Part shown: in pieces, positions 24,773-35,960 of the stretch
Position numbering within the stretch: the first letter of the stretch is position 1
Layout of the letters: every line of letters starts with the position of its first letter
The notes under the pieces: generated by a model
What the model saw: the letters and a program-made list of their open reading frames with translations, nothing else
Databases searched by the model: none
Told to the model about the DNA's origin: nothing
Origin: Dictyostelium discoideum
Lineage: Eukaryota
Assembly (NCBI GenBank): GCA_000004695.1
Contig: CM000151.3
Location: forward strand, 7,200,001-7,264,000
Reading direction: 5' to 3'
Length of the DNA stretch: 64,000 nt
Position numbers and translations under genes: made by a program

Positions 24773-24835
24773 GTTTATCAATTTATAAGCGACTATTAAT
24801 TTAGTTTTAGCATTATAAAAATCATTACAACTAAT
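24773..24835 (-). promoter_or_regulatory. SECIS-like stem-loop in the 3'UTR of the candidate selenoprotein, ~300 nt downstream of its stop
   Basis: Minus-strand RNA: AGUUGUA-AUGA-UU-[UUUAUAA]-UGCU-AAAA-CUAAAUUAAUAGUCGC-[UUAUAAA]-U-UGAU-AAAC. It has the AUGA...UGAU non-Watson-Crick quartet, a perfect 7-bp helix II, and unpaired AAAA about 13 nt after the quartet (form-1 geometry). The helix is all A/U, so a chance occurrence cannot be excluded. Confidence 0.3.
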
Positions 24836-25139
24836 TTTATTTGAACTATTTATTTGTTATTAAAAAAAATAAAAACTACTAAAAATATACCATTACTTAT
24901 ATTTTTAATTTTGTTTTAAATTTTTATGCAACAAATAAAATAATTCAAATTTTAAAAATTCTTTTTTTTTTTTTTTTTTTTTTTTCTTTTTTTCCTTCTA
25001 ATATGTCTATTCCTTTTTTTAATTTGTTTTTTTTTTTTTTTTTTTAATTCTATTTAATTTACTATATGTACACTAAAAACTATTTGAAAAAAAAAAAAAA
25101 AAAAGAAAACCAATTTAACCTAAAATTTGTTAATTCTTT

Positions 25140-25967
25140 TTAATTCTTTTTTGAAGGACGTAATTGTGTCCAAACCTTTTTAATTTTTGGAATTAAATCG
25201 GCAGCCCAAATTGTACCAACTAAAAGACAAGCATAACCTGTATAAGTGAAAACTATAGCAGAGAACCAACCCATAACAGACAAGCAAGTTATATTTTCAT
25301 TCTCGCAACCAGGTCTATAGGCAGCAGGTGAAATGAAAGAGTGGATGGTCCAAATACTATTATCAACTAGAATATGTCTTAGAATATCAAAGGTTGCCAA
25401 TGGAACAGCGATAGCTGTAAGATAAAAAGGTCCAAATTTAATCCAATGACCTCTATCCGATGGTCTCTTTTTACATTTATGGAAATGATATTGAGCAAGG
25501 TTTGAAAGTATACTAAGTGTAATGGCGAATGTTAAAGAATGAGCTAGTTCAACGGATCCTGCACTAACTGCAACACCAGAAAGGCTTGCAATGAGCACAG
25601 GCCAACATCAAGAACCTATAAAAATCAATATAAATATATATATATATATATATTAGTTTTCATAGCACTATTTTATTGATTTGATTATTATTATTAAAAT
25701 CAAAAACTTACCAACTAAAGCTGGAATACTAATTAAAAGTGTAAGAATTGAAATGAATAATGGTTTTTTAGTTTGTTCTTCTTGTGGGGAGTTTGAGGTT
25801 GAGGAGATACCAATGTTTGCTTTTTCTTCATCGTTTGTCTTTGAAATTAATGGTGTAGACTCATCACTAGCATTATTGATAGATGATGATGATGAAGAAG
25901 GTCTAGCTCAAACGCCACCTTCACAATCTTCACCTAAATCCACTTTTGGTAAATTAAATAATGACAT
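25140..25967 (-). CDS. Candidate selenoprotein: polytopic membrane protein whose reading frame holds two in-frame TGA codons (minus-strand codons at 25908-25910 and 25608-25610); 2 exons approx 25712..25967 and 25140..25615
   Basis: ATG(25967) MSLFNLPKVDLGEDCEGGV-TGA-ARPSSSSSSINNASDESTPLISKTNDEEKANIGISSTSNSPQEEQTKKPLFISILTLLISIPALV, donor G|GTAAGT (25711), 97-nt AT-rich intron, acceptor TATAG|G (25616), then GS-TGA-CWPVLIASLSGVAVSAGSVELAHSL...(152 more aa, 4-5 TM helices) to TAA at 25140. The frame is confirmed by the ORF track: ORF 25140..25598 starts at a GTG four codons after the second TGA. Both interrupting codons are TGA, whereas TAA is the usual Dictyostelium stop, and both sit next to Cys (CEGGV-U, U-C). 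Confidence 0.5.
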
Positions 25968-26682
25968 TTCTTTTGCTTTTTTTTTTTTCTTTAACTTGTT
26001 TTTTAAAATTATTACTATTAATTATAAAATAAAGAATTAAAATGAAAAAAAAAAAATAAAGAAAATAAAGTGTTATTATTTAAAGTGTGTGTGGTTATTA
26101 ATGTAAAAATGTAATGATATAAAAAATAAAAAAATAAAAAATAAAAAAAAAAGTGAAAGAACGGTTTTTAAAAAAAAAAAAATAAAAAAAAATGAAAAAA
26201 AAACAATTATTAATATAGAAAGAAATTTCATTTTATTTTTCTTTTCCACAAAAGCGCCGACGAATAAAAAAAAAATTTTTAGATATTTATTTTAAATTTT
26301 AAAATTAGGAATTAATTAATTTTTTTACCATTAAATAAAACATTCACAAAAAAAAAAAAAAAAAAAATTTTATTTTCATTTTTTTTATTTTTTTTTTTTT
26401 TTATTGGTTAAATTTATTTATTTTTAATATGAATTTAGTATATAAAAATAGATAGAGCACTCAAGAATACACAAAATGATATAAAGTATAAAAAGGATGT
26501 AATCATTCCGTTTTTTTGATTTTTTTTTTTTTTTTTTTTTATCTAAAATTTTATTTTCAGAATTTATTTAATTTTAAATTCATTTTTTTATCTTAATAAA
26601 TACATTTTTTTTTTTTATTTTTATTTTTTTATTTTTTTATTTTTTTCTTTTTTCTTTTTTCAGGTTTTGTGACTTATTATTT

Positions 26683-29600
26683 TTATTTTGGCATTGTTGG
26701 TAAAGAGAGGGGTATGGGTGGTGTCGTTCTTCCTTGAATTGTAATTCCTGTAGATTTTGACAACGATGCTTGGTGGAATTTTGGTTTATTAAAAAGATTA
26801 CAAGTACCATTGGATAAAATTGGTTGAAAAGTAGTTGGAGAGTTATTAGTATTATTGGATGGAGGTGGTAAATCATTATTTGTTGTTACATTTCCAATGG
26901 TCGAAGATGATCGAGGTGGCGGAGCATGCTTTACAATTAAAGGAGGTGGTGGTAATTGAATTTCACTAGCAGTTTTTTTAAATGCACTATTTATATTACT
27001 AAATGGAGAAGAACGATTTGGTAAAGTACAAGTTTGATTTATTGAATTTTGATTATTGTTATTATTATTGTCATTATTATTATCATTATTATTATTATTA
27101 TTATTATTGTTATTATTATTTATTGATGATGGTTTTGAAGCAATTGGTTGTGATATTATTGATGCAGTTGTAATTGGTGATTTTGCTCGTGGTGCTGGAG
27201 TTGGTTTAGTAACTGGAGATTTTGCTCTTATCACTGTTGATGGTGGTGTTGTTTGAGGTGGTGGAGTTGGTGATACTGAATGTGGTGTTGAAGAGGATGG
27301 TGGTGGTGGTGGTAATCTATTTGTATCACCTTGTTGATATAAATAAGTTTTAGGTGGTAATGGTGGTGGAATTGAATTGTTATTATTATTGTTTGAAGAA
27401 AAATAACCATCATCATCATCATTATCAGGTGGTGGAGGTAAATTTAAACAAGATGATGGTAATGGTGGTGGAGTGAATTTTGAATTATTTGAAATTATAG
27501 GTGGAGGAATTGGTGATGTGCAAGTTGATTTATATTCAGTTTTTGTAGAAATTGTAGTTGTTGTAGTAGTTGTAGTTGTTGTGATAGTTGTAATTGATGG
27601 TGGTGGTGGTAATGGTAAACTATTGAAATCAATAGGTGGTGGTAGATTTGAAAATTCTATTGAAGGTGGTGGAGGTGGTGGAAATCTTGGTGAATTTGAT
27701 GATGAATTAATTGTTGTTGTTGTTGTGGCGGTTGTTGATGGAATTGGTATTGGTGGTGGGAATTGTAAAGGTGGTGGAGGTGGTAATAAATTTGTAAAAC
27801 TTCTAGAACCACCACCATTTTTAATTGGAACATAGTCACAACTTGATGAAAGAGGTGTATTAAAACCAGATGATGGAGCAGATAAAGGATGTGAAGAAGC
27901 AGAAGTACTTAAATATTCAGTATCAGCAGTTATTGTATTATATGGACTAGCATTTCTAGGTGGTGGAGGTGGTTTTGTCATAGAATTTGGTTTTAAAACT
28001 TGTGATGCTGGAGGTGTAGTCAATTGAGGAGAAGATGATGAATCATCACTACCATATGAAATTGATGATATTGTTTGTGGCATTCTTCTTGCATTATGTT
28101 TTGTATCTTGTTGTTGTAATTGTTGTTGTTGTTGCTGTTGTTGTTGCTGTTGTTGTTGTAATTGTTGTTGTAATTGTTGTTGAATTGATGGATCATTTTG
28201 GAAATTATAAAATGATGGTACAGAACTTGCTCTTGAAAAATTTGAAGAAGATGGTACAGTGCTTTGAAAAGTTGGAGATAATGAATCAATTACAGAATGA
28301 GTAAGAGTACTATTGGGTGAAGGGTTGGCAGAGTATGGACCACTAAGAGGTTTACCAGTTGTTGAATTATTTGGAGAAGTGAAAATATCTTTAACATTTA
28401 ATGGTGGTGGAGGTGGTTTTCTAGTTTCTCTTAAACTACCAGTTGGAGTAATTGAATTCAGTGATAATGAAGATGGTGAACCTGATGAAGTTGAGGACGA
28501 AGAAATTAAACCACATCTACCAATTGTACCATTACCACCACCACTATTTGAATGACTTTGTCTAGTATTAAAACTTGGAGATTCTAAACTTGGTGAATTA
28601 CTACCACCACTACTACCACCATTACCACAACCACTATTACTTAATAAACCAGTTAAATTTGCCGAAGATCTTGGAGATGGTGTCATTGAAATATCAATTG
28701 ATAAAGTTGGAGTACTTGATAAAGAAGATAAAGAACTTGTTGAATTTAAGAAAGTACCAGAATTCTTTTTTAAGAACCAACTATATTTAGCTTGTTTATT
28801 TTGATCAATTTTACCACCAGCCAATGATTGAATTGCAGCTAACCATTCTTTTTTCTCTGCTTCACTTGAAAAGTATAAACCAATAATCTTTTCTTTCTTT
28901 TCATTTAATACTAAAATTTCAAATCCTTCTTTATAACCAGGTAATGAATCAATTGAATCACGAATTAAAATATTTTCTAAATAAACTATTAATTTTACAG
29001 TTGAATTTGATTTTTTATTTTTAGCTAAAATTAATACATCTATATATTTTTTTATAAAAAAAAAAAAAAAAAAAAATTAATATTTTTTAAAAATTTAAAA
29101 AATAAATAAATTAATAAAATAAAATATTTTACCATTTAATAAAATACATCTTAATAATTCTTTATCTAATTTTTTTGAAACTAAACCTTCTTTTATAAAT
29201 TTTCTATTTTGATTTGATAATTTTAAATCTGAATCTAAATTTTGTAAAGAATATTCAATTTCTTTAATTTTTTTATCATTTTCTATTTTCTCGTCGGCAA
29301 GTCTTTTTTGATGATTAATTTCCTCTAAGATTGAATTAATTTTTAAGAAACAATAATTTATAAAACCATAGTCCATATGATCGATTGGAGTATTCTCTAA
29401 AAGTGATTTTAATAGTAATGGATATTTTGTAATTCTTTGAATTGGTTTAATAATTAACATTGGAAATGATAATCCTCTTGTTAAATGACTCTTTGCTGCA
29501 CCTTCAATACAATTTGAAAATACTTTTGATGAAATTTTTAATTTTTCAAATGATTCTATACATGTATTTTGATATGAACAAAATTCTTTATATAAATTTA

Positions 29601-29719
29601 AATAATCAATACTTTCAAACTTTTTTTAAATAAAAAAAAAAAAAAATTAATTAAATTAAATTAATAAAAAATAAAAAATAAAAAAAAAAATTAATATTAT
29701 TATTATTTTTTTTTTTAAT

Positions 29720-29761
<42 letters not shown>

Positions 29762-30316
29762 TAAAAAAATTAATAATTACAAATTTAGATAAAACTTCAC
29801 CAACATTTTGTAAATGAGGTGGTTTTGAAGGAATTCCTTCTAAATTATGTATAATTTCCCTATGATAGTTTAATAAACCTTCAGTACATCCAAAAACTTC
29901 TTGAATTTGTTTAATATCAATATGTTCTTTAATTGGGTCAATATATAACTAAATATAATTTTATATAAAAATTATAAAAATTATAAATTATTAATACTAA
30001 AATTTCTTGTATTATAATTATTTTTTTTTTTTTTTTTTTTTACCTTTATAATTAATTTTAAATCTCTGACATAATTTGCTTCAGTTTTTACTAATTCTGA
30101 AACTGTTTGTTGTCTAATTCTTTCTTTTTTTAATATTAATTCATCTTGAGTTAAAGATGCTAAATCTATCGGATCTTCATCAAATACTAAACTACATGTA
30201 TCTGACATATCATCAGCTGTACTTGTATTAGTACTTGTGCAACTATTATTATTAAATAAAACATTATTTACACCACAAATTATTTGTGATGTTGAATATT
30301 CTTCTTCTCTAATCAT
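26683..30316 (-). CDS. Dbl-homology/pleckstrin-homology (DH-PH) RhoGEF with a ~700-aa Pro/Gln/Asn/Thr-rich C-terminal tail; 4 exons approx 30044..30316, 29781..29948, 29133..29619, 26683..29039
   Basis: The DH domain runs ...RQQTVSELVKTEANYVRDLKLIIK|LYIDPIKEH...|...LIIKPIQRITKYPLLLKSLLENTP.... The PH domain is ...VKLIVYLENILIRDSIDSLPGYKEGFEILVLNEKKEKIIGLYFSSEAEKKEWLAAIQSLAGG. The tail has many PPPPP(L/I)P runs. Donors are GTAAAA, GTAATT, GTAAAA. Introns 2 and 1 contain (AAT)n and poly(A). Boundaries are anchored to ORF-track entries 29981..30316, 29095..29460, 26683..28824. Confidence 0.75.
29722..29762. repeat. (ATA)n/(AAT)n microsatellite in RhoGEF intron 2
   Basis: Perfect trinucleotide run of about 13 units. 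Confidence 0.7.
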
Positions 30317-30400
30317 TTATTTTTCATATAAATATATATATTTGTACACAAATTAAATAATTAAATCTTTATTTTTTCTTTTTGAATTTTAATTTTTTTT

Positions 30401-30448
30401 GGATTTCTTTTTTTGGATTTTTTTTTTTTTTTGGATTTCTTTTTTTTA
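30401..30448. repeat. Three direct copies of GGATTTCTTTTTTT spaced 14-18 nt apart, ~100 bp upstream of the RhoGEF ATG
   Basis: ttttGGATTTCttttttt GGATTTttttttttttttt GGATTTCtttttttt. This is the only G-containing motif in an otherwise pure A/T promoter region. Confidence 0.4.
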
Positions 30449-30732
30449 ATATTTCTTCTTTATTCTAAAAAAAAAAAAAAAAAATAAAAAAAAAATAGTA
30501 AAAATTTTTAATATTCTATAAAGTAATTTTTATTTTTATATATTATATATTATTAAAAAAAAAAAAAAAAAAATTAAGTAATTAATATTATTATTAATAT
30601 TAAAAATTATAATTTATTGTGGGTGAGTGAATGATGATTAAGAGTTTGTGTGTGTTTTAAAAAGAATTTTAATAATATAAAAATAAAAAAAAAAATAAAA
30701 AAAATTAAAAATAATAATAATATTAATAGTGA

Positions 30733-30764
<32 letters not shown>

Positions 30765-31781
30765 AAAAAAAAAAAAAAAAATATTAAAACCCACAAAATG
30801 ATTATAATAACACACTCACACACACACAGCAAAAAATATTTTGTTGTAGTAAAAAAAAATAAAAAATAAAAAATAATGTATATTTTTATTGTGTTGATTT
30901 GAATTGGGCTGTACAATACATTATTTAATGAGAGTTTAATTTTTTTTTTTTTCTATTTTTAATTTTTTTAATTATTAATTGTCTTTAAAAATTGATTTTT
31001 TTTTTTTTTTTAATAATTTTTTTTTTTTTTTTTTTGATTATATCTTTATTTTATAATTTTGATTTAGAAAACTATTTAATTGATTTGACACCTGTTAAAA
31101 AGAAAAATCAAAATAATGGCAAAACAATATTAAAAAAAAAAAAAATGTTGTTTTTTGTTGGAAAAAAAAAAAAAATTAAAAATTATAAATAAAAAATTAT
31201 AAAAAATAAAATTTTTCCCTTTTGTATAAAAGGTGATAAAAATAGATTGGGGATCCATGTTAATATAAATATATATATTTATTGTTAATATAATTTTTTT
31301 ATTTTTTTATTTTTTATTTTTATTTTTTAATTTTTATTTTTAAATTTTTATTTTATTTTATTTTATAAGGTGTGGTTTGAAACTGTTGGTGAAAATATAA
31401 TTATTTACAAATTTATAAAAAAAACAATTAAAAAATTAAGATTTGATTTTCCTTAAAAAAAAAAAAAAAAACTAAAAATAAAAATTTCCTTTTTTGTTTT
31501 TTTTTTTTTTTTTTTTTTTTTTTATTTTTTATGTTTTTTCGAAATTATTTATTTTCAAAAACATTCATAGCCATACATTTTTATTTTATGTATATAAAAT
31601 ATATATATATATACCCAAAAAATATTGATTATTATTTTGAAGTGTTTAGATAATTTAAAATAAATAATTATTTACACAGAATTTTAAAATTATATTGGGA
31701 ACCAAATATGATGTTCTTATTATAAAACATAATAAAAAAAAAAAAAAAAAGAAAAAAAAAAAAAAAAGAAAAAAAAAATTT

Positions 31782-31827
<46 letters not shown>

Positions 31828-34039
31828 CTTTAGTGTTTCAAATTACCCACCCCTGTTTTGATGATTATTTTGAAAATTTAATGCGCAAAAATGCGAGAAA
31901 ATGTGTGTTGTTATTTTATTTGAAATGGTGATAAAGTGGAAAGGTTGTGTGGGTTTTTTTTGTCTATTTATTATTATTATTATCTTGCCATTAATTTGTT
32001 ATTGTAAGTTTTTATTTTTTTTATTTTTTTTTTTATATGCACACACAATAGCACAAATACACAGATTTTATTTTGGGAAAAAAAAATAATAAAAAAAAAA
32101 AAAATAAATAAAAAAAAAAAGAAAACAAAACATTTTTCAACACACTTTCACAAAATAAAATATTGTTGGTCATTTAAGAGTTGGAGTATAAATATATTTT
32201 TTTTTTTTTTTTTTTAATTCAAAATAATACCACTACCAACCTGCTATTAAATCCATTACAAAACAACTTTTTAAATATGGTGGTGTGTTAAAAAATGAAT
32301 TACAATAACATTCAAAGAAAAAAGAATTATTTTTTTTTTCCAAAAATAAAAATAAAAAAAAAATGAAAATAAATAATTTTACAACTACAAATAAATTATT
32401 TATTTTTATTTTTATTTTTATTTTAAAAAATTATTATTTTTATTATTATTTATTATAAAATAGAATGATAAAAATAAGTGGTTTAATTTTATTAAAGTAA
32501 AATAAATTATTATTAAAATAATTAGATATATTTAGTAGCGCCAAAACAAGTTACTAAAAAAAAATTTTTTTTTTTTTTTTTATTTTTAATTTGGTTTTAT
32601 TAATTTTATTTTTGTGTGAACATAAATGAAATTATAATAACTTCAATAAATTAAAAAAAAAGATGAATTTAATAGAATTTTGCATTGTAATTTTACCTTT
32701 TTATTAATTAATTATAAATTTTATTTGATATAAATTAATTTCTAATTTTATTTCATCCTATATAATTATTAATGATGCTATTTATTTTTTTTTAAAATAT
32801 TTAATAAATTATTTACTTTTTTTTTTTTTTATTTTAATTTATATTATTTTATTTCACTATAATAGTAAAATTAAACTTTATTTATAAAAAAATAATGAAT
32901 AGAAATTAAATTTTTTTTTTTTTATGTGTTGATAAAAGTGATTAAAAAACATAATAAAAATAAAAATAAAATAAAAAAATGGTATGGTTTTAAAGTCCAA
33001 TGGATTTGGGATTTGTTATTTAATCAGTTTTTTTTTTTTTTTTGACAATAATACTACTCTATTTATATCTTTGTTTATATATATAAATATATTCAAAATG
33101 AAACGAAACTAATATATTTAAACAATTCAAATATTATTTTTAATAATAAAAAAAAAAATATATTAAAAAAAACAAATAAAAAACAAATAAAAAAATCAAA
33201 ACAAACCAATAAATATTTATTTATTTTTTTTATTTAATTTCTACTTTATAAAAAATAAAAATCCACACCACCACTCTAAACAAAATAAATAAAAAAAAAA
33301 AAAAAAAAAAAAAAAAATAAATAAAAAAAAAAAAAAAACTGTTGTAGTAGTATGATTCAAGTGGGGAGATATCTAAAATACCCCTAAACTTTTTTTTTCT
33401 TTATTAAAAAAAATAATTGTGTATTAAAAAAAAAAAAATAAAAAGAAAAAAAAAGATTATTATTATAAATTTAATTATTATTTCGATTTACTACAGATCC
33501 TCAAAAAATATATATTAAAAAAAAGAAATAAAATTAAAAATCCACTTTTTATTCTATTTATAGGTCATTGGTATTGTTTTTTTTTTTTTTTATTGAAAAT
33601 ATAATTGATTAAATTAAATAAAAGTTTGAAAAAAAAAAAAAAGAAGAATTAAATCTCTTAAATACTTTATAATATTATATTTAAACCAAAAAATAAAAAA
33701 TAAAAAATGAAAAGGAAATAAATTTTCTCAAAGTAAAATTTATAATTTTAGATCACTTTTATTTATTATTTTTTTTTTTCCTTTTATATGAGATATTTTT
33801 AATGTCTATTATAACAATAAATAAAAGAAAAGGTATACCACATAAAATTTTAAAAAACAAAATTTTTTTTTTTCTATATTTAAATAATTTTAAAATTATC
33901 ATTAACATATTTAAAATAAGATAATAATAATATTTTTTTATTTTATTTGTTATTTTACTTTTTTTATTTTTTTTTTTTATTTATTTTTTTTTTTTTTATG
34001 AAATATATATAAAATTTTTTTTTTTTTTTTTAAAAAAAT

Positions 34040-35588
34040 TTAATTATAATGCATATATCTTGAAGTTGCACTAAATTTAGCATAAGATTTAATAACTTTA
34101 TCAATAGCTTCTAAAAAGTCTTTTTCACTTACAACCTTTCTACGAGCACGAATTGCAAACATACCAGCTTCGGTACAAACGGATCTAATATCGGCACCAG
34201 TTGAGTTTGGACAAAGACGAGCCAATAATTCGAAACGAATATCACGAGCACAGCTCATAGTTTTGGCATGAATGGTAAAGATGTGAGCACGACCCTCCAA
34301 GTCTGGTAAACCAAATTCAACCTTACGATCGAGACGACCTGGACGAAGAAGAGCTGGATCCAAAGTATCTGGACGATTGGTTGCCATCAATACTTTAATG
34401 TTACCACGTGGATCGAAACCATCCAATTGATTGATCAACTCTAACATAGTACGTTGAACCTCATTGTCACCGCCTGCACCATCATCGAAACGAGCACCAC
34501 CAATTGCATCAACTTCATCGAAAAAGATAATACATGCCTTCTTTGAACGTGCCATTTGAAAGAGATCACGTACCATACGTGCACCCTCACCAACATACTT
34601 TTGCACCAACTCTGAACCAATAACACGAACAAAAGCGGCATCAGTACGATTTGCAACGGCACGAGCACACAATGTCTTACCAGTACCTGGTGGACCATAC
34701 ATCAACACACCCTTTGGTGGATCAATACCTAAATTTACAAATTTCTCTGGATGCAACAATGGCATCTCAACTACTTCTCTTAGTTTTTCAATTTGTTCTT
34801 TACAACCACCAACATCCTTATATGTAATATCTGGTTTCTCTTCAACTTGCATCATTGTTACTGAAGCATCAATCTTTGGTGGCAATGGAATTTGAATTTG
34901 ATATTTATTTCTATCAACACTATATATAAAAAAAAAGTAACAAAGAATTAATAATTAATATAATTTAATAAAATTTAAAATTAATTTTTCTTTTTTTTTT
35001 TTATATATATTATAAACTTACCCAACACGAATACCTTCTTCAACATCAGTTGGTGATAATTTATCACCTAATGCAACAACAAACTTTGCAATTTGTTTAA
35101 CTGTAATAATATATTTTGCATTTGGTTTTCCAACATCAATAATTTTAGTACATCTTGCAACTTGAAGTGGTGGTTCTTCATGTGCAGATGTTTTATCAAC
35201 AACTAAATCCCATTGAGAAGGTGGTCCAATACCTGTATCAGATTCTTTAATTCCACAAAGTTCATTGACTTTTGATGTCATCTTTTTAATATCCTCTTCT
35301 AAAATTCTAATTGATTTTGAATATGGTCCAACACCCTTTTTTTTTTTTTCATTTTAAAAATTAATAAATAATAATTTAAAAATAAATAAATAAATAAATA
35401 AAATTAAAATTTACTTGTAAAAAAATAAAATAAAAAAAAAAGAAAAAGAAAAGAAAAAAAAAAAAAAAAATTAAATATTTAAATAATTTACTTACATATG
35501 ATTTCAAAAGTGCAATATCACCTTCATCTAATGCAACTGGTGCTGTTTCATTTAATAATTCATCTTCAACATCTTCTTTATTGACCAT
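34040..35588 (-). CDS. psmC2: 26S proteasome regulatory ATPase subunit 7 (Rpt1 / PSMC2); 3 exons approx 35496..35588, 35022..35335, 34040..34919
   Basis: [31 protein letters not shown]|[35 protein letters not shown]...[29 protein letters not shown]...EEGIRVG|[51 protein letters not shown]...[18 protein letters not shown]... is >75% identical to human PSMC2 along its length. The donors GTAAGT are anchored to ORF-track 35376..35588, 35018..35281 and 34040..34885. Confidence 0.9.
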
Positions 35589-35929
35589 TTTTTTTTTTTA
35601 TTGAATATTTATGTGGTTGTTTTATTTTTTTAATATAGTTAGAGATGGTTTATTATTTTGAGAAAGAAAAGAAAAAAAAAAAAAAAAAGATAAATATTAT
35701 TACAAAGAAATATATAATATGTGGAGATTTTGTTATAGAGAATGTACAAAGGAAAAAAATCAAATTTAAAGAAATAAAGAAATGTAATAATTATGTGAAG
35801 TTATGTTTTTTTGGGGTAATTAAAAAAAAAAAATAAAAAATAAAAAAAAAAAAAAATTTAAAAAAAAAAAATTTAAAAAAAAAATAAAAAAAAAAATGTG
35901 TGAAGGTCATCAAAAAATTAAATTAAATA

Positions 35930-35960
<31 letters not shown>

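Noticed and set aside
25681-26040. Plus-strand ORF (119 aa) overlapping exon 1 of the candidate selenoprotein
   Set aside because: It is the antisense reading of the minus-strand gene, with a hydrophobic junk start (MIIIIKIKN) and no splice or homology support. The minus-strand gene has canonical splice signals and a long TM-protein frame confirmed by the ORF track.
27056-28555. Plus-strand ORFs 27056..27256, 27473..27835, 28035..28304 and 28313..28555 (Val/Gly/Leu-rich)
   Set aside because: They are antisense frames of the Pro/Gln/Thr-repeat tail of the minus-strand RhoGEF (CCA/CAA/ACC repeats read as GGT/GTT/TTG). There is no independent support.
31835-31960. GC-containing island in the 30.3-34.0 kb desert as an snRNA or class-I RNA gene
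   Set aside because: I compared it by eye with U1, U2, U5 and U6 snRNA cores and the Dictyostelium class-I CCTTACAGCAA motif and found no convincing match. It is kept only as a low-interest note.
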